DNA from: Chrysomallon squamiferum | Lineage: Eukaryota; Animalia; Mollusca | Assembly: GCA_012295275.1 (NCBI GenBank) | Contig: CM022665.1 | Coordinates: 39,804,001 to 39,868,000 of the forward strand | Length of the DNA: 64,000 nt | Direction: 5' to 3' | Part shown: one piece after another, positions 40,508-53,300 of the stretch | How the letters are laid out: every line of letters begins with the position of its first letter | How positions within the stretch are numbered: position 1 is the first letter of the stretch | The notes under the pieces: model-generated | Database searches by the model: none | Told to the model about the DNA's origin: nothing | The model's input: only the letters and a program-made list of their open reading frames with translations | Position numbers and translations under genes: made by a program

Positions 40508-40710
40508 ACAAAAAATATATTTTGTTTTTACTTTTAGGCAACATACACCAACAGCTGAACACTGAACAGGTGTTATTTATCTAACTTTTTTGTTAAACCA
40601 GTGTCAGACATTATATATTTTTTTTTTTGAATTTATACATGGACTGCAGTGATATTGAATCCAATTATAAATCTTAATCTATTCTTATTTAATAACGACA
40701 TGTACATGAT
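27905..40710 (+). repeat. Nested (higher-order) direct tandem array: outer units A-[B]n-C with 17 inner B subunits of ~205-245 bp
   Basis: Module A (ttttag GCAACATACACCAACAGCTGAAC) starts at 28617, 29656, 30768, 32550, 34113, 36539, 37177, 38072 and 40538. The junction GGATCCCCACCTAAGTG or a variant occurs 27 times between ~28029 and ~39771. Near-identical short ORFs recur in the ORF track. Confidence 0.97.
39246..39781 (+). pseudogene. Exon-like relic of an unidentified gene, likely the source of the array
   Basis: Segments 39246-39349 (cacag|...CAG|gtaaag) and 39431-39781 (ttctag|...CAT|gtaagt) have splice signals and protein-like composition (ASKRKDISDLDNDVAALSCATEEIIQ*MPSKCSVSGNEELDVLAK...). 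They contain stops, and no frame stays open. Confidence 0.45.
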
Positions 40711-41354
40711 TAATTTTTTTTTTTTTTTAAAAATCTGACTATTTAATCTGTTGTGAAAAAATAAAATAAAATAAAATAAAAAAAATGAAGTTTTTTTTAC
40801 TGATTCAGATGTATAGCACTCATAACAAATATTTTATACAAAATGACAAACATAACAAATTTCAAATTTGCATCAGATTTCATTTATATCACAAAAAACT
40901 TTATTAACCTTGCAAGTGAAACAGACTTCCAAACTTTACAGTCATTACAGTTAACCAATCACTGGTAAAACAAAATGTTCATCTTTTTTCTCTTAATTTA
41001 AGAAAAAATTGTCCATACTTCTACTATCTGTTAAACCAACTGGAACTAAAATTTGATAATTTTGTTCACACTTAAGTTTTAAGGAAAGATTTTATAGACA
41101 ATTTAAAAAAAATGTATACACAAAATTTAAAAACAGAAAAGATATATACATATAATATATATGTATGTATGTATGTGTTATCAGTAATTTTGTCCACACT
41201 CAAATTATGTTTTTACAATCTGTTATGCAAATAAACAAAACCAAAAACAAAAAAGTTTAAAACTTTTAAATTGCCCATATTTCCAATATTTAATTTTCTA
41301 CTCTGTCAAACAAACTTTAAAAAAAAAAGAAAAAAAGTTGAAATTAAAGCCTGA

Positions 41355-41624
41355 TCAATGGAGGTGGTCATTACGACTTAAGATTGTTTTGGGAAGATCC
41401 ACTTTTGGACTGAGACTTTCAACTTTTGTGAAGTCTTTGTTTTGCATGTCCTGCCATTCTCGTTCATCTCTCTCTTCGTGGATGCTTTTTCTCTTGTACT
41501 TGTCCGCTTTACCTTTCCGTACAAACGACTCCAGGTTGTATCCAATGGCTCCTACTACCACAGCAACAGGAAATGAAATGTAAACAGCATATGTCCTTAC
41601 AAATGTAAGTATAACAGGCAACAT
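41355..41624 (-). CDS. SMIM12: Small integral membrane protein 12 (UPF0767 family), 89 aa, single coding exon
   Basis: ATG at 41622-41624. MLPVILTFVRTYAVYISFPVAVVVGAIGYNLESFVR...KSIHEERDERE...PKTILSRN matches the recognisable SMIM12 pattern ([24 protein letters not shown]...KSISERREDR...PKAVLNRN). Likely 5'UTR acceptor at 41699-41700. Confidence 0.92.
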   Translation of the reverse strand: MLPVILTFVRTYAVYISFPVAVVVGAIGYNLESFVRKGKADKYKRKSIHEERDEREWQDMQNKDFTKVESLSPKVDLPKTILSRNDHLH

Positions 41625-43377
41625 GATTTCAGTTGTTTTCACTTGTGTATCAGACAGTTGTTTTGGTTTTTGTTGTTTTGTTTTTTCACCACAGAGAACT
41701 GAAAAGTATAAGAGAAAAATTGCTTACTTAAGGTATCTTACGAGTATGTCACTAAGTGACAAAAACTGTCTCTGCATCACAGCAGAAGGTCGCCTGATTT
41801 TTGCAAAGCGGTTTTGCTTTCCTTAAAGGGAGTTCCCTCATTTGTGTTTCTGTTTTGTCTTTATTTTTATATATTTTCTAAAAAAAATATCACGATGCAG
41901 TAAAGATGTTCAGCTTCGTAGTGGTATTCATTTCTTTATATAAGCTAAGCTTATTTAGGTCTTTTAATCTTATACAAGTTATGAATTATGCATTTCTCTC
42001 ATAGTCTGCCACATTTTGTAACTTAGTTTTGATTCTAAAATGTGGGGTTTTCTCAGCAAATGACTGAACAGTTTGATGTTTCATTTATTTTGTTTGATTT
42101 AGTAATTCTGTGGCATAATATTCCAGTTTTAGATAATATTTTCTTTCCAATGAAATTATGAAGATGTTAATTATGTAGACAGATCTTACAAGTTATATTT
42201 TTTATATCTATAATTACCTGATTAAAAAAATTAATGTTAGCAGAATGTTTGAAAATATAAAGGACCCTACAACTCACCAATCTAAAAAAATTATATTCTT
42301 GTATACTGGTTTAATTTCTATGGAGTTTTTGAGAATTACACAATTAAGGGGTAAGGTACATTTAAGCTTATTAGGACAATTAACTAATTAATTAAAATTA
42401 ATGTGATGTTTGCATGATGGTTAAAAATACTGTATAGCGCTAGAACTCATCTGAAGCTTCAGTTTAATATATATAATACATGTATGTTGGTTTGAATCTG
42501 TATGAGATATTTAATGTTTATATTGCCATATGATGGAAAACCATATTTTCTCCAAAGATTCTGAAGGAAAAATATTGTTAAATCTTATTGAGGTAAAAAT
42601 TCGTAACTTTTTTTCATATCAATGCTATCAAAAATATCTTGGTGTCATTTTAAACTTTTTTTTTCTTTTTTTTTAATTATCTTTTTAATATATAATTTTA
42701 TAGGAAAAAAAATTATTTTTTAATTTTGCCACATATAAATACCATAATTTTTATTTATTGTGTTTTTTGTTGTCATTTCTTTACATTTTTAGCAGCATTC
42801 CTCAAGTTAGTATGTTACACCGTTTTATTACCAAGTTCGAGTCTTATACAAATAACGTGACTTTTGGTCACTAATGATATTTAAAAAAAAAAAAAATTCT
42901 AGCCAGTTATCAAAGTTGAATTTCACTGAAAAATGGACTTTCAAGCATAATGATGATACTTAAAAAAAGATTCGTAAAAAAAAATTGATACTCACTTAAA
43001 TATTTGCAAATTTGGGAAAAATTAAATTACATTTTTTTTCGTAACGCCATGATTTTACCGTTAAATTCAAAAAATTTAAACTGCTGTCGATCCTGCTTTC
43101 ATATACCATCAGCATCAAAACAAAATTGATTTTGCTACAAATTTTCTTTAACTTTGAAATTAGAAACATTTAACTGTTCTAAAAGCCAACATACCAGGAA
43201 TAAAACACTTCACATTTTAAGTTAAAACACCAACGAGCGTTAGCCGAAATCATTCACCAAGGGCATAGACGAAGGACCATAACTCTGCAGATTTGTAAAT
43301 GGTACCTATATGTGTTTCTGACTTATGTCATGCTCTACCGAGTTATTATTACTTGTGTGTGTGTGTGTGTGTGTGCC

Positions 43378-43424
<47 letters not shown>

Positions 43425-44029
43425 TGATGATGATATAAACGACATCGCAAGAATGAAGCCATTACCAATAATAATTTATTATATGTACTTGAATAATGGT
43501 TAATTTGTTTTACTGAAATATTTCACTTCATCTTTTTTTAACATATATTTTTCGTTTATTTAAATATATTTATTATATATGTACATATTCAAAATGTTCA
43601 TCATTATTCTTTATTCCCTGACCTTTTTATTGGATCGAATGGACAATGCCAATAGGGTCATGTTTTATCTGGTCACCTTGCTTTTATGTTCGAAAACGTA
43701 CGTGACAAATTGATTTCATAACAAAATATGTAGTTTTTGAGTAATAATAACATAAACATTATTTAGACATATTGAAAAAATGAATAAGCATTTTATGGTT
43801 TTAAAATCTTAATTAATTGTTTTATAATTATTTTGTATTACGAATAGTAGCCAAAAGAGCAGCTCTGCATACGTATGTCATCTGTCACCTGCTGCATCCT
43901 TCCTTCTGAGATTAACTAGGAAACATACATATTTGACAGTTCAATTAATATGCAAACTTATTTATTGTCAACACAGTTAAATCACTGAGATGAAAATGAT
44001 ATAATTTATTACTAATAAATCTGTTAATA

Positions 44030-45211
44030 ATGGAGTTTCCTACTCCTGCAGACGTAACATTAAATGCTCAAGAAAGTTCGTCGACAGCATCACTTGATTC
44101 AATATTTCACAGTCGCAACAATTCTGATGAAGATGAATTTGAATCGTCACACCCATCGTCACCAGATCAAAAGAAGTATCTTTATCCGAAAAAGGAATAT
44201 GTTGATCATCTAAGACCAGAAGAAGTACGATGGTTTTATAAACAGGAAGGTGAAAAACGCTGGAGGGCGTTCATAGGTTATGATTCCTTGAGAATCGAAT
44301 GTCGATACAGAGCTTCCACTTTTGATGTTGATGTTGGTGAGAAAATTTTAGTGCGTGGTGGTCTTTACGATGTTGATGTTGCCAATAAGACTTGCATTCC
44401 TATATACTGGACAGGTACTTTTAAACATTTATAAAATATTCATTTACATTACTTTATTATTTAATAACTAATATAAAATAAATAAGAAAATAATTTATTA
44501 ATAATGATAATAAAATAAAATAAATTTTGAAATGTACTGTAATAATAGCATTAAGTTATTTGTTTCATTCTAAGATACTGTGTGACTGAATAAGCATGGA
44601 ATATCTTGTAAATATTGAAAGTAAGCTTACATAAAACAGAAAATTAAATCAGCTGTAATAATTAATATGTTTTGAAAGTTAACAAGTAAACATATTATAA
44701 CACCTCTGTATATATGGTGTGTGTAAGTATCTAGTTTATATAAGTATGAAAATTATTAATTAAATCAGTTTTATTTTAAATAATTTTATTTTTATTTCCA
44801 GGTGATGCATCAGTAATTATGCGAGGTACTTGGTTCTATGATGGCTCCTGGCAGCCAGTTGAGGATGGTTATGCCTCTCAGATTGAAACAGAACATTTAG
44901 CTAGGTTTCTGGGACAGAAATTGGAAACAGCACCTATCCCTGTTCCAAAAGGACCAAAGCCAAGTAAGAAATCTACATTGGAGCAGAAATTATGATTCTT
45001 TTTTTATATGTAAAAAGTTCAAAATCATATAATTAAGATTCTTAAATTTTCTGCAGGTTATTTAAAGTGAGACAACTTCTGCTTGGTAATTCAGTAAATC
45101 AGAGAATTATCTCTGCTAGCAGTTAGGACTTCTTGCATAGAATTTATTAATATCGCTTTTATTTTTATAGAATAAATGAGCAACGCCCCCCAACCTTCCC
45201 CCCAAAAACCC

Positions 45212-45249
<38 letters not shown>

Positions 45250-47435
45250 ACACCAAGAAAACCAAACAATGAATTAACAAAAAAAAAAAAAAAAAAAAAA
45301 AAAAAATGAACAGATGTAAATCTTGGTATTACTAATAATAAAAAGAAAAAATGAAATTTGAAATTTATTTTCTTTCATTATTATTATTTTTTAATTAATC
45401 TGATAACTTCTTGCTGGTACATCATTAAAAAGTAATAAAAAAAAAAAAAAAAAAAACATAAGCAAAATTCATGACATGAGCTTTAATAGTGAAATGAACA
45501 ACAAAGATTTATGATAACCACAGCTTCATATTTTGACTTTATTAGAATGTTTTTGTTTTTATTACCATTCAAGTTTGAACACAGCCAATTATCTTGTCTA
45601 ATTTGCCTCTTTTAGTAATACTATAACTAATACAAATATATGAAAATAAGACAGTTATTATAAACTTAAAGTAAATTATTAGAATAATTAAATCTGAGAT
45701 AAAACAGAATAAATAAACAGTTAAAATATTAAAAATGTACATTAATATATTATATTCAAATAACATTAAAGTATTAACAAATAATTTAATGTTCAAAGAA
45801 TTAGTCCATAATTTTATTGGAGTGTAAATAGTTTAATATATTTATTTATTCACAGACATTTAAGATTATATTGATCAATTTATATGTACTCACTGGTTAT
45901 AAAAAAGGTAATAAAAATAATATACCATGTGTTGCCTTCACTACAAAATTAAAATGAAAGCAATATGCAAACCTGATATTTTAGAATGATATACTACATA
46001 AACCAATAAATCTTTATAATATTTTACTGGATATAAATAATAAAAAAGTTACTTATCTAAGGACTTAGTTCATTTGACAGAATATTTTTCTGAGAAATTA
46101 AAACTCACAAGATTAACTATACAAAATCTATTACTATTATAATTTATTCAGATGTCATTAAGTAAATCTCTCTTTCTCTCTTAATTTGTCTGACTGCATG
46201 ACTTACACATTTTTTTCATTTTTGGTTACCAAGATCATTATGATTATCATTATGATGATCATCATTATTATCATTATCATCACTGTCATCATCATTATCA
46301 TCATTATTATCATTATTTATTTATTTATTTACATAGTTATCCATAACATGAAATTCCAAAATTTTCATGTTGACTGGAATTCTCCAAGTGAAGTATTTTT
46401 ATTTAGTGAATCTGCATCATCGAAAATAATGCGGCATGTTTCAAAGTCACTAGGATGGCAGAAATGTAAGTAGAGATCTATTTGTTTTTAGTTTCATATA
46501 ATTTAAAAAAAATGTAAAGGAATGCATTCAGAATAAGTGAGAAAAAAAATTGGGAATGTTTTGTGTTGAAGCAAAACTGAAATAAATAATACACAAATAC
46601 ACAACCACAATGTATCATATAAAATATAGATAGAACATACGTACACAATATAGATAACACAAACTATACACAGAACAAATAATTCAACATACACACAGAC
46701 ACACAACACAATATACAGAATAAACACACATGCATATATGCAGACTGATTGGATACAATAAGAGGCAAAGAATGAGAATAATTTTCAGTATTAATTTTAA
46801 ACAAAAAAACCAGTGCCAACACCCCCAAAAAGAAAGCCACCGAAAAAAAAAAAAAAATAATAATAATAATAAAAAAAAAAATAAAATAATAAATAAATAA
46901 ATAAGTAAATAAAATTAAAAAACACTTAAAAAAAAAGAAGAAAAGAAAAGAAAAAAAAAAAAAGTAAAGAAAAAAAATAAATCTTTTCAGTCAGTAACAA
47001 AAAAAAAAAAAAAAAAAAAAATAATAATAATAAAATAAAATAAAATAAAACTCAAACAAAGAAATCAACATCTACTCTCCCCCACCCTTAAAAATCCTAA
47101 AATAACAACAACAAAATCAAAACAAAACAACAACCTGACCCAAACCATCTTTATATGTACCATATATTTATTTTAAATTGTAAACTGTTTAATTACAGCG
47201 GGCACAGAACTGCACAGAGGGTATTTCTGTGAAGCTCAGATGGATGACAAACCACAAGACATTACTCACCTTGTGTTTGTTGTACATGGAATAGGACAGA
47301 AAATGGACACTGGTGCCATTATCAAGTGTTGTAAAGAGTATGATTTTTTAAATAATTTTATTGTTATTATTATTATTATTATATTTAGTTTATTATTATT
47401 ACTATTATTATTTTTAATTTACTGTTATTATTACT

Positions 47436-47471
<36 letters not shown>

Positions 47472-48358
47472 TTAGTTTATTATTATTACTGTTATTATTT
47501 TTAACTTACTGTTATTATTACTGTATTATTATTATTATTATTATTATTTCTTACAAAATAGATCATAGGACAGAATTTATTATATATAATCATTACTTTC
47601 CACTATTCATTATTATATCTAATTATTTATTTATTTTTGTAGGTGCTTGTGTTTTTATATATTTTAATAAATTATCTTTTTCACATAAAATAGCAGACAG
47701 TAATTTATTGTAATGATTTTAAGACTTTTATACATTTATTATTATGAGTCTGTTAATTGTGTACTCATAATGATAATTCATTAGATTTTCAACATTTTGA
47801 CTTAGTAGGAAGTGTATTGCTGTATGCATTTTAGTTACAAAATATTATAGTGCAATTTCATAGGTTTGAACTAAATAATAATAATAATAATAATAATAAT
47901 ATATAATACATAATACATATAAAATATTTAATTATTTACATTAAGGTTAATGTTAACATCTGCAGAATTAGTAACTAACACAAAAATGATTAATCTTGAA
48001 AATAAATGTATTTACGACATTTTTACAGCAGTTATATCTTTAATATTTTTAAATATTCAGTTTAAAAAGACCCTGTTATGAACAAAATATTGAATATAGT
48101 CTCTGTTAAACAAATTTGCCATAAAGAATTTAAAAGGCAATAATATATGATAAAGTTATAATATTTGCTAAATACTTTCAGTTTTATTTTTGGTTTTTGT
48201 TTATTTATTTATTTTATGCAAACAATATTAATAAGAACCATGTTAGCTATAATTTGCATTAATCATTAAATAATGTAATCATTAAATTAATGAATAATTA
48301 CCAAATATTTCAACTAATAACTGTTACACACTTTAACCAATAGTTACATTAATTAATT

Positions 48359-48393
<35 letters not shown>

Positions 48394-50315
48394 TTTTAAT
48401 ACACAATACCAATAAAGGTGATGTCATATGTTTTGTACCAGTGCTTCTTAAAGTATTTTGTTCATTTAGTCTTTATCACAAAATTTCATTCATTTTTGAT
48501 AATAATCTGCCTCAACAAATTAAGAATTACTTTCACACAATCTTTGATTATAAAAGTTTAATTCTGGCCTCATAAATACATCTTTATTTATGTATAGTAC
48601 TATAACTATGACATATACATTAATAATAGTTATATTATTTTTAATATTATTTTTATTTCAGTTTATGTACTAGTAACTGCAACTGAAACTATTATACACA
48701 AAAATAATATTAATAATTGTATTATTTTAATTTTATTTTAAATACTAGTAACTTTAGCTATATTATATGCATTAATAATAGTTATATTATTTTTATTTAT
48801 TTTTAAATACAAGTAACTATAACTAGTATACACAATGATAATAGCTATGTTATTTTTATTTCAGTTTAAGTATTACTACAGCTGTAACTATTATACACAT
48901 TAATATCAGTTGTATTATTTTTATTTCAGTTTAAGTACAAGCACTAGTAATTATAAATATAACTATTACAGACATCAATATCACTTATATTATTTTTGTT
49001 TCAATTTAAGTATTACTTACTATGGTCATAATTATTATAAACATTAATAACAATTATATTATTTTTATTTCAGTTTAAGAACAAGTATTAGTAATTGTAA
49101 ATACGACTGTTATACATATTAATAATAGTTATATTGTTTTTATTACAGTTTAAGTATCACTTCAACTGTATCAGTTAATGAATTATTCACTTTAATATCA
49201 GCTATATTACTTTTATTTCAGTTTAAGTACAAGTGTTAGTAATTGTAAATATAACTATTACATACACATTAATTATAGTTATATTGATATTATTTCAGTT
49301 TAAGAGAAAGAGTGGAACATGTCAGACAGAAGTATCACAGTAATGAATGTTACAACAAGAGAGCTGAGTTTTTACCTGTGGAATGGAGATCTTCCCTCAC
49401 ACTGGATGGTGGTAAGTGCACAAAACTTGAAATACAGTTACATTTACATTTTTAAATTTATTATGTGCACATTAGCTCACTTCACGAATATGCATATTAG
49501 ATCACCCAAGGAATCCACATCTTAGATCACCCAGGGCATGTGCAGATTAGATCACCCAGGGAATGAGCACAATAGATCATCTCCCAAGGAATGTGTGTGT
49601 TAGATCACCCAGCAAATGTATACATTTTATCATTCAGGGATGTTGTATTGCCGGCATAGTTAAGTTCATGTTGAAAATGTACCTTTGGTGCTTTAATAAA
49701 AATACCTAAATTCATTCTGTTATTTATTTTAATTGTTAATCAACCTTTTCAGATAACTGCTATAACATTATAAAAAACAATAAGCTTATAAACTGATATT
49801 ATTGTTTGTAATATGATTTCATTTCTTACTGGGAAATAAGGAAAAATGTAAGTCATAATTTATTCTGTCAAGCTAGCTATATTATTTTAATACTTTATTA
49901 CTAGCAAAAGTTGGTCCACAGTGACACTGAAATAATTTTCTGCATCGCTGCTTCCTTTTTTAAAACAAAAGATTGCTCATACTGAATAAAATATAAATGA
50001 GCACATTAGAACACCCAGACTGTGATTTAACCATACAATTTTGTTTTCTTTTTTTATGTTTAGTAATTATTAAATATTTGACAGCTTAGACATGAAAAGA
50101 CTTTATAGTTATTAGTTATTGTATTTTCACAATATTTATTTATTTATATTTTTTTTTTTTTACACTATATACTTTGTTTTATTTTATTTTACTATTTCTT
50201 TTTATTCATTTCACACTATTTTTTTTTTTTTTTTTCAAATTATTTATTTTTTATATTTTATTTTTATTTTTATTTTTTTTTTTTTCACACTATTTATTTA
50301 TTTATTTATAATTTA

Positions 50316-50350
<35 letters not shown>

Positions 50351-53300
50351 CACATTGTTTATTTATTTATTTATATAGATACTGTTGATTCCATTACTCC
50401 TCACAAGATGAAAGGTGTTAGAAGTCTTCTCAACAGTAGTGCTATGGATGTCCTTTATTACACCAGTCCTCTTTACCGATCTGAGGTAATTACAAACGTC
50501 AAAATACAAGTCCTGCATTCCTTTACATCCTCTACCTTTAGTTTGCAAAATCACTATTTGTTTACCTCTCCTATTATTATTACACTGCATTTGTGTATGT
50601 CTGTGCATGAATGTTATGAACCATCAATAATTTAAAAAGTCCAAAATCCACTGAAGATTACCTCTCCTGGATGTGCAGTCCAGGGTTATATTTTTCAAAT
50701 TTAGTTCTTAGATGAAGAACCAGTGCCAAGGCTGTATGTGCACACATGTGCATGAATGCATGCTTGCTTGTGCATGTGTATGAGCATGCACATGCATGTT
50801 TGCATGAGAAAACTATAACTTTTCAAGGATAGTTTCATTATAATTGTACAATTCTGTTTTACGTGCTCTATTTAGTTTAAGTTTATAAAACAGAATAATG
50901 AAATATAGTTTAATAGTAAATAACTTACATCTATCAGCTGCAGTTTTCAAATAACAAAATTAAAAAAATAAATAAAATAAAATAAAAATAAAAGTTGTAA
51001 CTTATTTTTCAGATAACTCACAGCTTACAGAATGAACTAAATCGACTGTATACAGTGTTTTGCTCAAGACATCCATATTTTGAAGCTAATGGTGGGAAAG
51101 TGTCCATAGTGGCCCATTCATTAGGTGGGTTTCTCCTTTTTTTTATCAAAAGCTAAACAGAAATAAATAGATAATTTTGAAACGGTTAAAAACAACAAAT
51201 TATTAGATTATATTTCTGGAAGATGTTGAGTTCGATTTCTCAAATAATAAGTATAAAAGTGACAGTTAATTAGATGATATTTTTGGAAGATGTGTGTTTC
51301 AGTGATTCAGTATAGATATATATTTTAGTTAAATCGTCTTCTTTATATTTTTAAAAACATTCTTGGTTTTTCTGTTTTATTAGGAGCTGTCATAGCCTAT
51401 GACATCATGACTGGTTGGAACCCAATAAATATGTATGACCAGTTTGTTTCCTCAGTTATTGTAAGTTTTCTTAGTTTTTATATCAGCTAAAACTTTTCTT
51501 TCTTAAAATCTATCATCCATCAAATCAGCTCACGGTTTACATTTATTAACTAATTAAAAGTCCTAGTTTTATTTAATTATTAATATTATTGTTTTTGTAA
51601 TTGTTTTCATTGTTATTTATTAATTTATATTTTACATAAATATTAGATTAACAGTTAGATTATCCAAATATCAATTTCTTTTTAAAACATTGACAACATC
51701 GTTTCTTTCACAGTTGCAAAATTGAAGAAAAACAACACCCGGCAACAACCTAAGTGAAATTGAAAATTTGCACCATGTATTTCAAAATTATTTCAGCTTT
51801 GTACAACATATTCACAAAATGTAGAGAAATTGTAGTTTGACTTTAAAAAAAATATATATATATATATTATAGCAGTTTAATTTATTTTTACTAAAGAAAA
51901 TATTGTTTTATTTTGGTAGGATGAAGAAAGAAAAAATGCCTCTGGGTCAGCTGAACTCTTGAGTGAACTGGACAAAGCTAGAAAAAGGTGATTGTCAAAA
52001 CTTTATGTGAGATAAACAGAATTACACTGATTTTCAAAACTATCTAAAATAAAAATAATGACAATCACATTAATTTTCAAAACTTCACTCAAATAAAAAC
52101 AATAATGATTATATTGATTTTCGAAAGTTTATCTCATATAAGAACACTGACAATTAAATTAATTTTTAAATCTTTAATTTTAAGTTTCAAAATTTTACCT
52201 GAAATAAAAACATTGACAATTACACTGGTTTTGAAAATTGTATCTGAAATAAAAACACTGACAGTTGCACTGATTTTCAAACTTTTATCTGAAATCAAAA
52301 CACTGACAGTTACACTGATTTTCAAAACTTTATCTGAAATAAAAACACTGACAGTTACATTGATTTTCAAAACTTTATTTCCAATAAAACCACTGACAGT
52401 TACATTGATTTTCAAACTTTTATCTGAAATAAAAACACTGACATTTATATTGATTTTCAAACTTTTATCTTGTATAAAAACACTGACAGTTACACTGATT
52501 TTCAAACTTTTATCTGAAATAAAAACACTGACATTTATATTGATTTTCAAATTTTATCTGAAATAAAAACATTGGCAATTACACTGGTTTTGAAAATTGT
52601 ATCTGAAATAAAAACACTGACAGTTGCACTGATTTTCAAACTTTTATCTGAAATAAAAACACTGACAGTTACACTGATTTTCAAATTTTATCTGAAATAA
52701 AAACACTGACAACCATTTTGAATTTCAAACTTTTATCTCAAATAAAAACACTGAGAGTTGTATTGATTTTCAAACTTTTATCTGAAATAAAAATACTGAC
52801 AGTCATATTGATTTTCAGAATTTTATCTGAAATAAAAACACTGACATTTAATCTGATTTTCAAAACTTTGTCTCAAATAGAAATATTGACGATTAAATTT
52901 ATTTTCAAATATTTATCTCAAATAAGAACAATAGCAGTTAAATTTGAGAATAACATCTTCATTACACTGATTTGAAGAAAATATTTTATTATCTTCTGTG
53001 CTAATAACGACTAACAGTAAAGAACAATTCCATTTAATTATATATAGACTCAGTGAAAGAAATTTTAAATTATTTAAATGAATAAAACCACAATATCAAC
53101 TTTAATTTATAGTAACTGATCATTTTAAAACTTTTCAATAAACACACAAACAAAAATATACTGGCAAATATACACACATGGAAACACACACATATACAAA
53201 ACAATACAGTAATCATAGTTAATAATGTTCATAGTAAATACTCATTTAAATTTAGTTGCAAAAATGAAGATACAGTTTCCTTAGTAATTATGTCTCATGC

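Noticed and set aside
49498-49618. Repeat-spacer-like pattern TAGATCACCCAGG plus variable tails
   Set aside because: The 25-nt period with related tails is an ordinary degenerate minisatellite.
52105-52566. LRR-like 15-aa periodic protein
   Set aside because: Translation of an intronic 45-bp minisatellite, broken by frameshifts and not connected to DDHD1 exons by splice sites.
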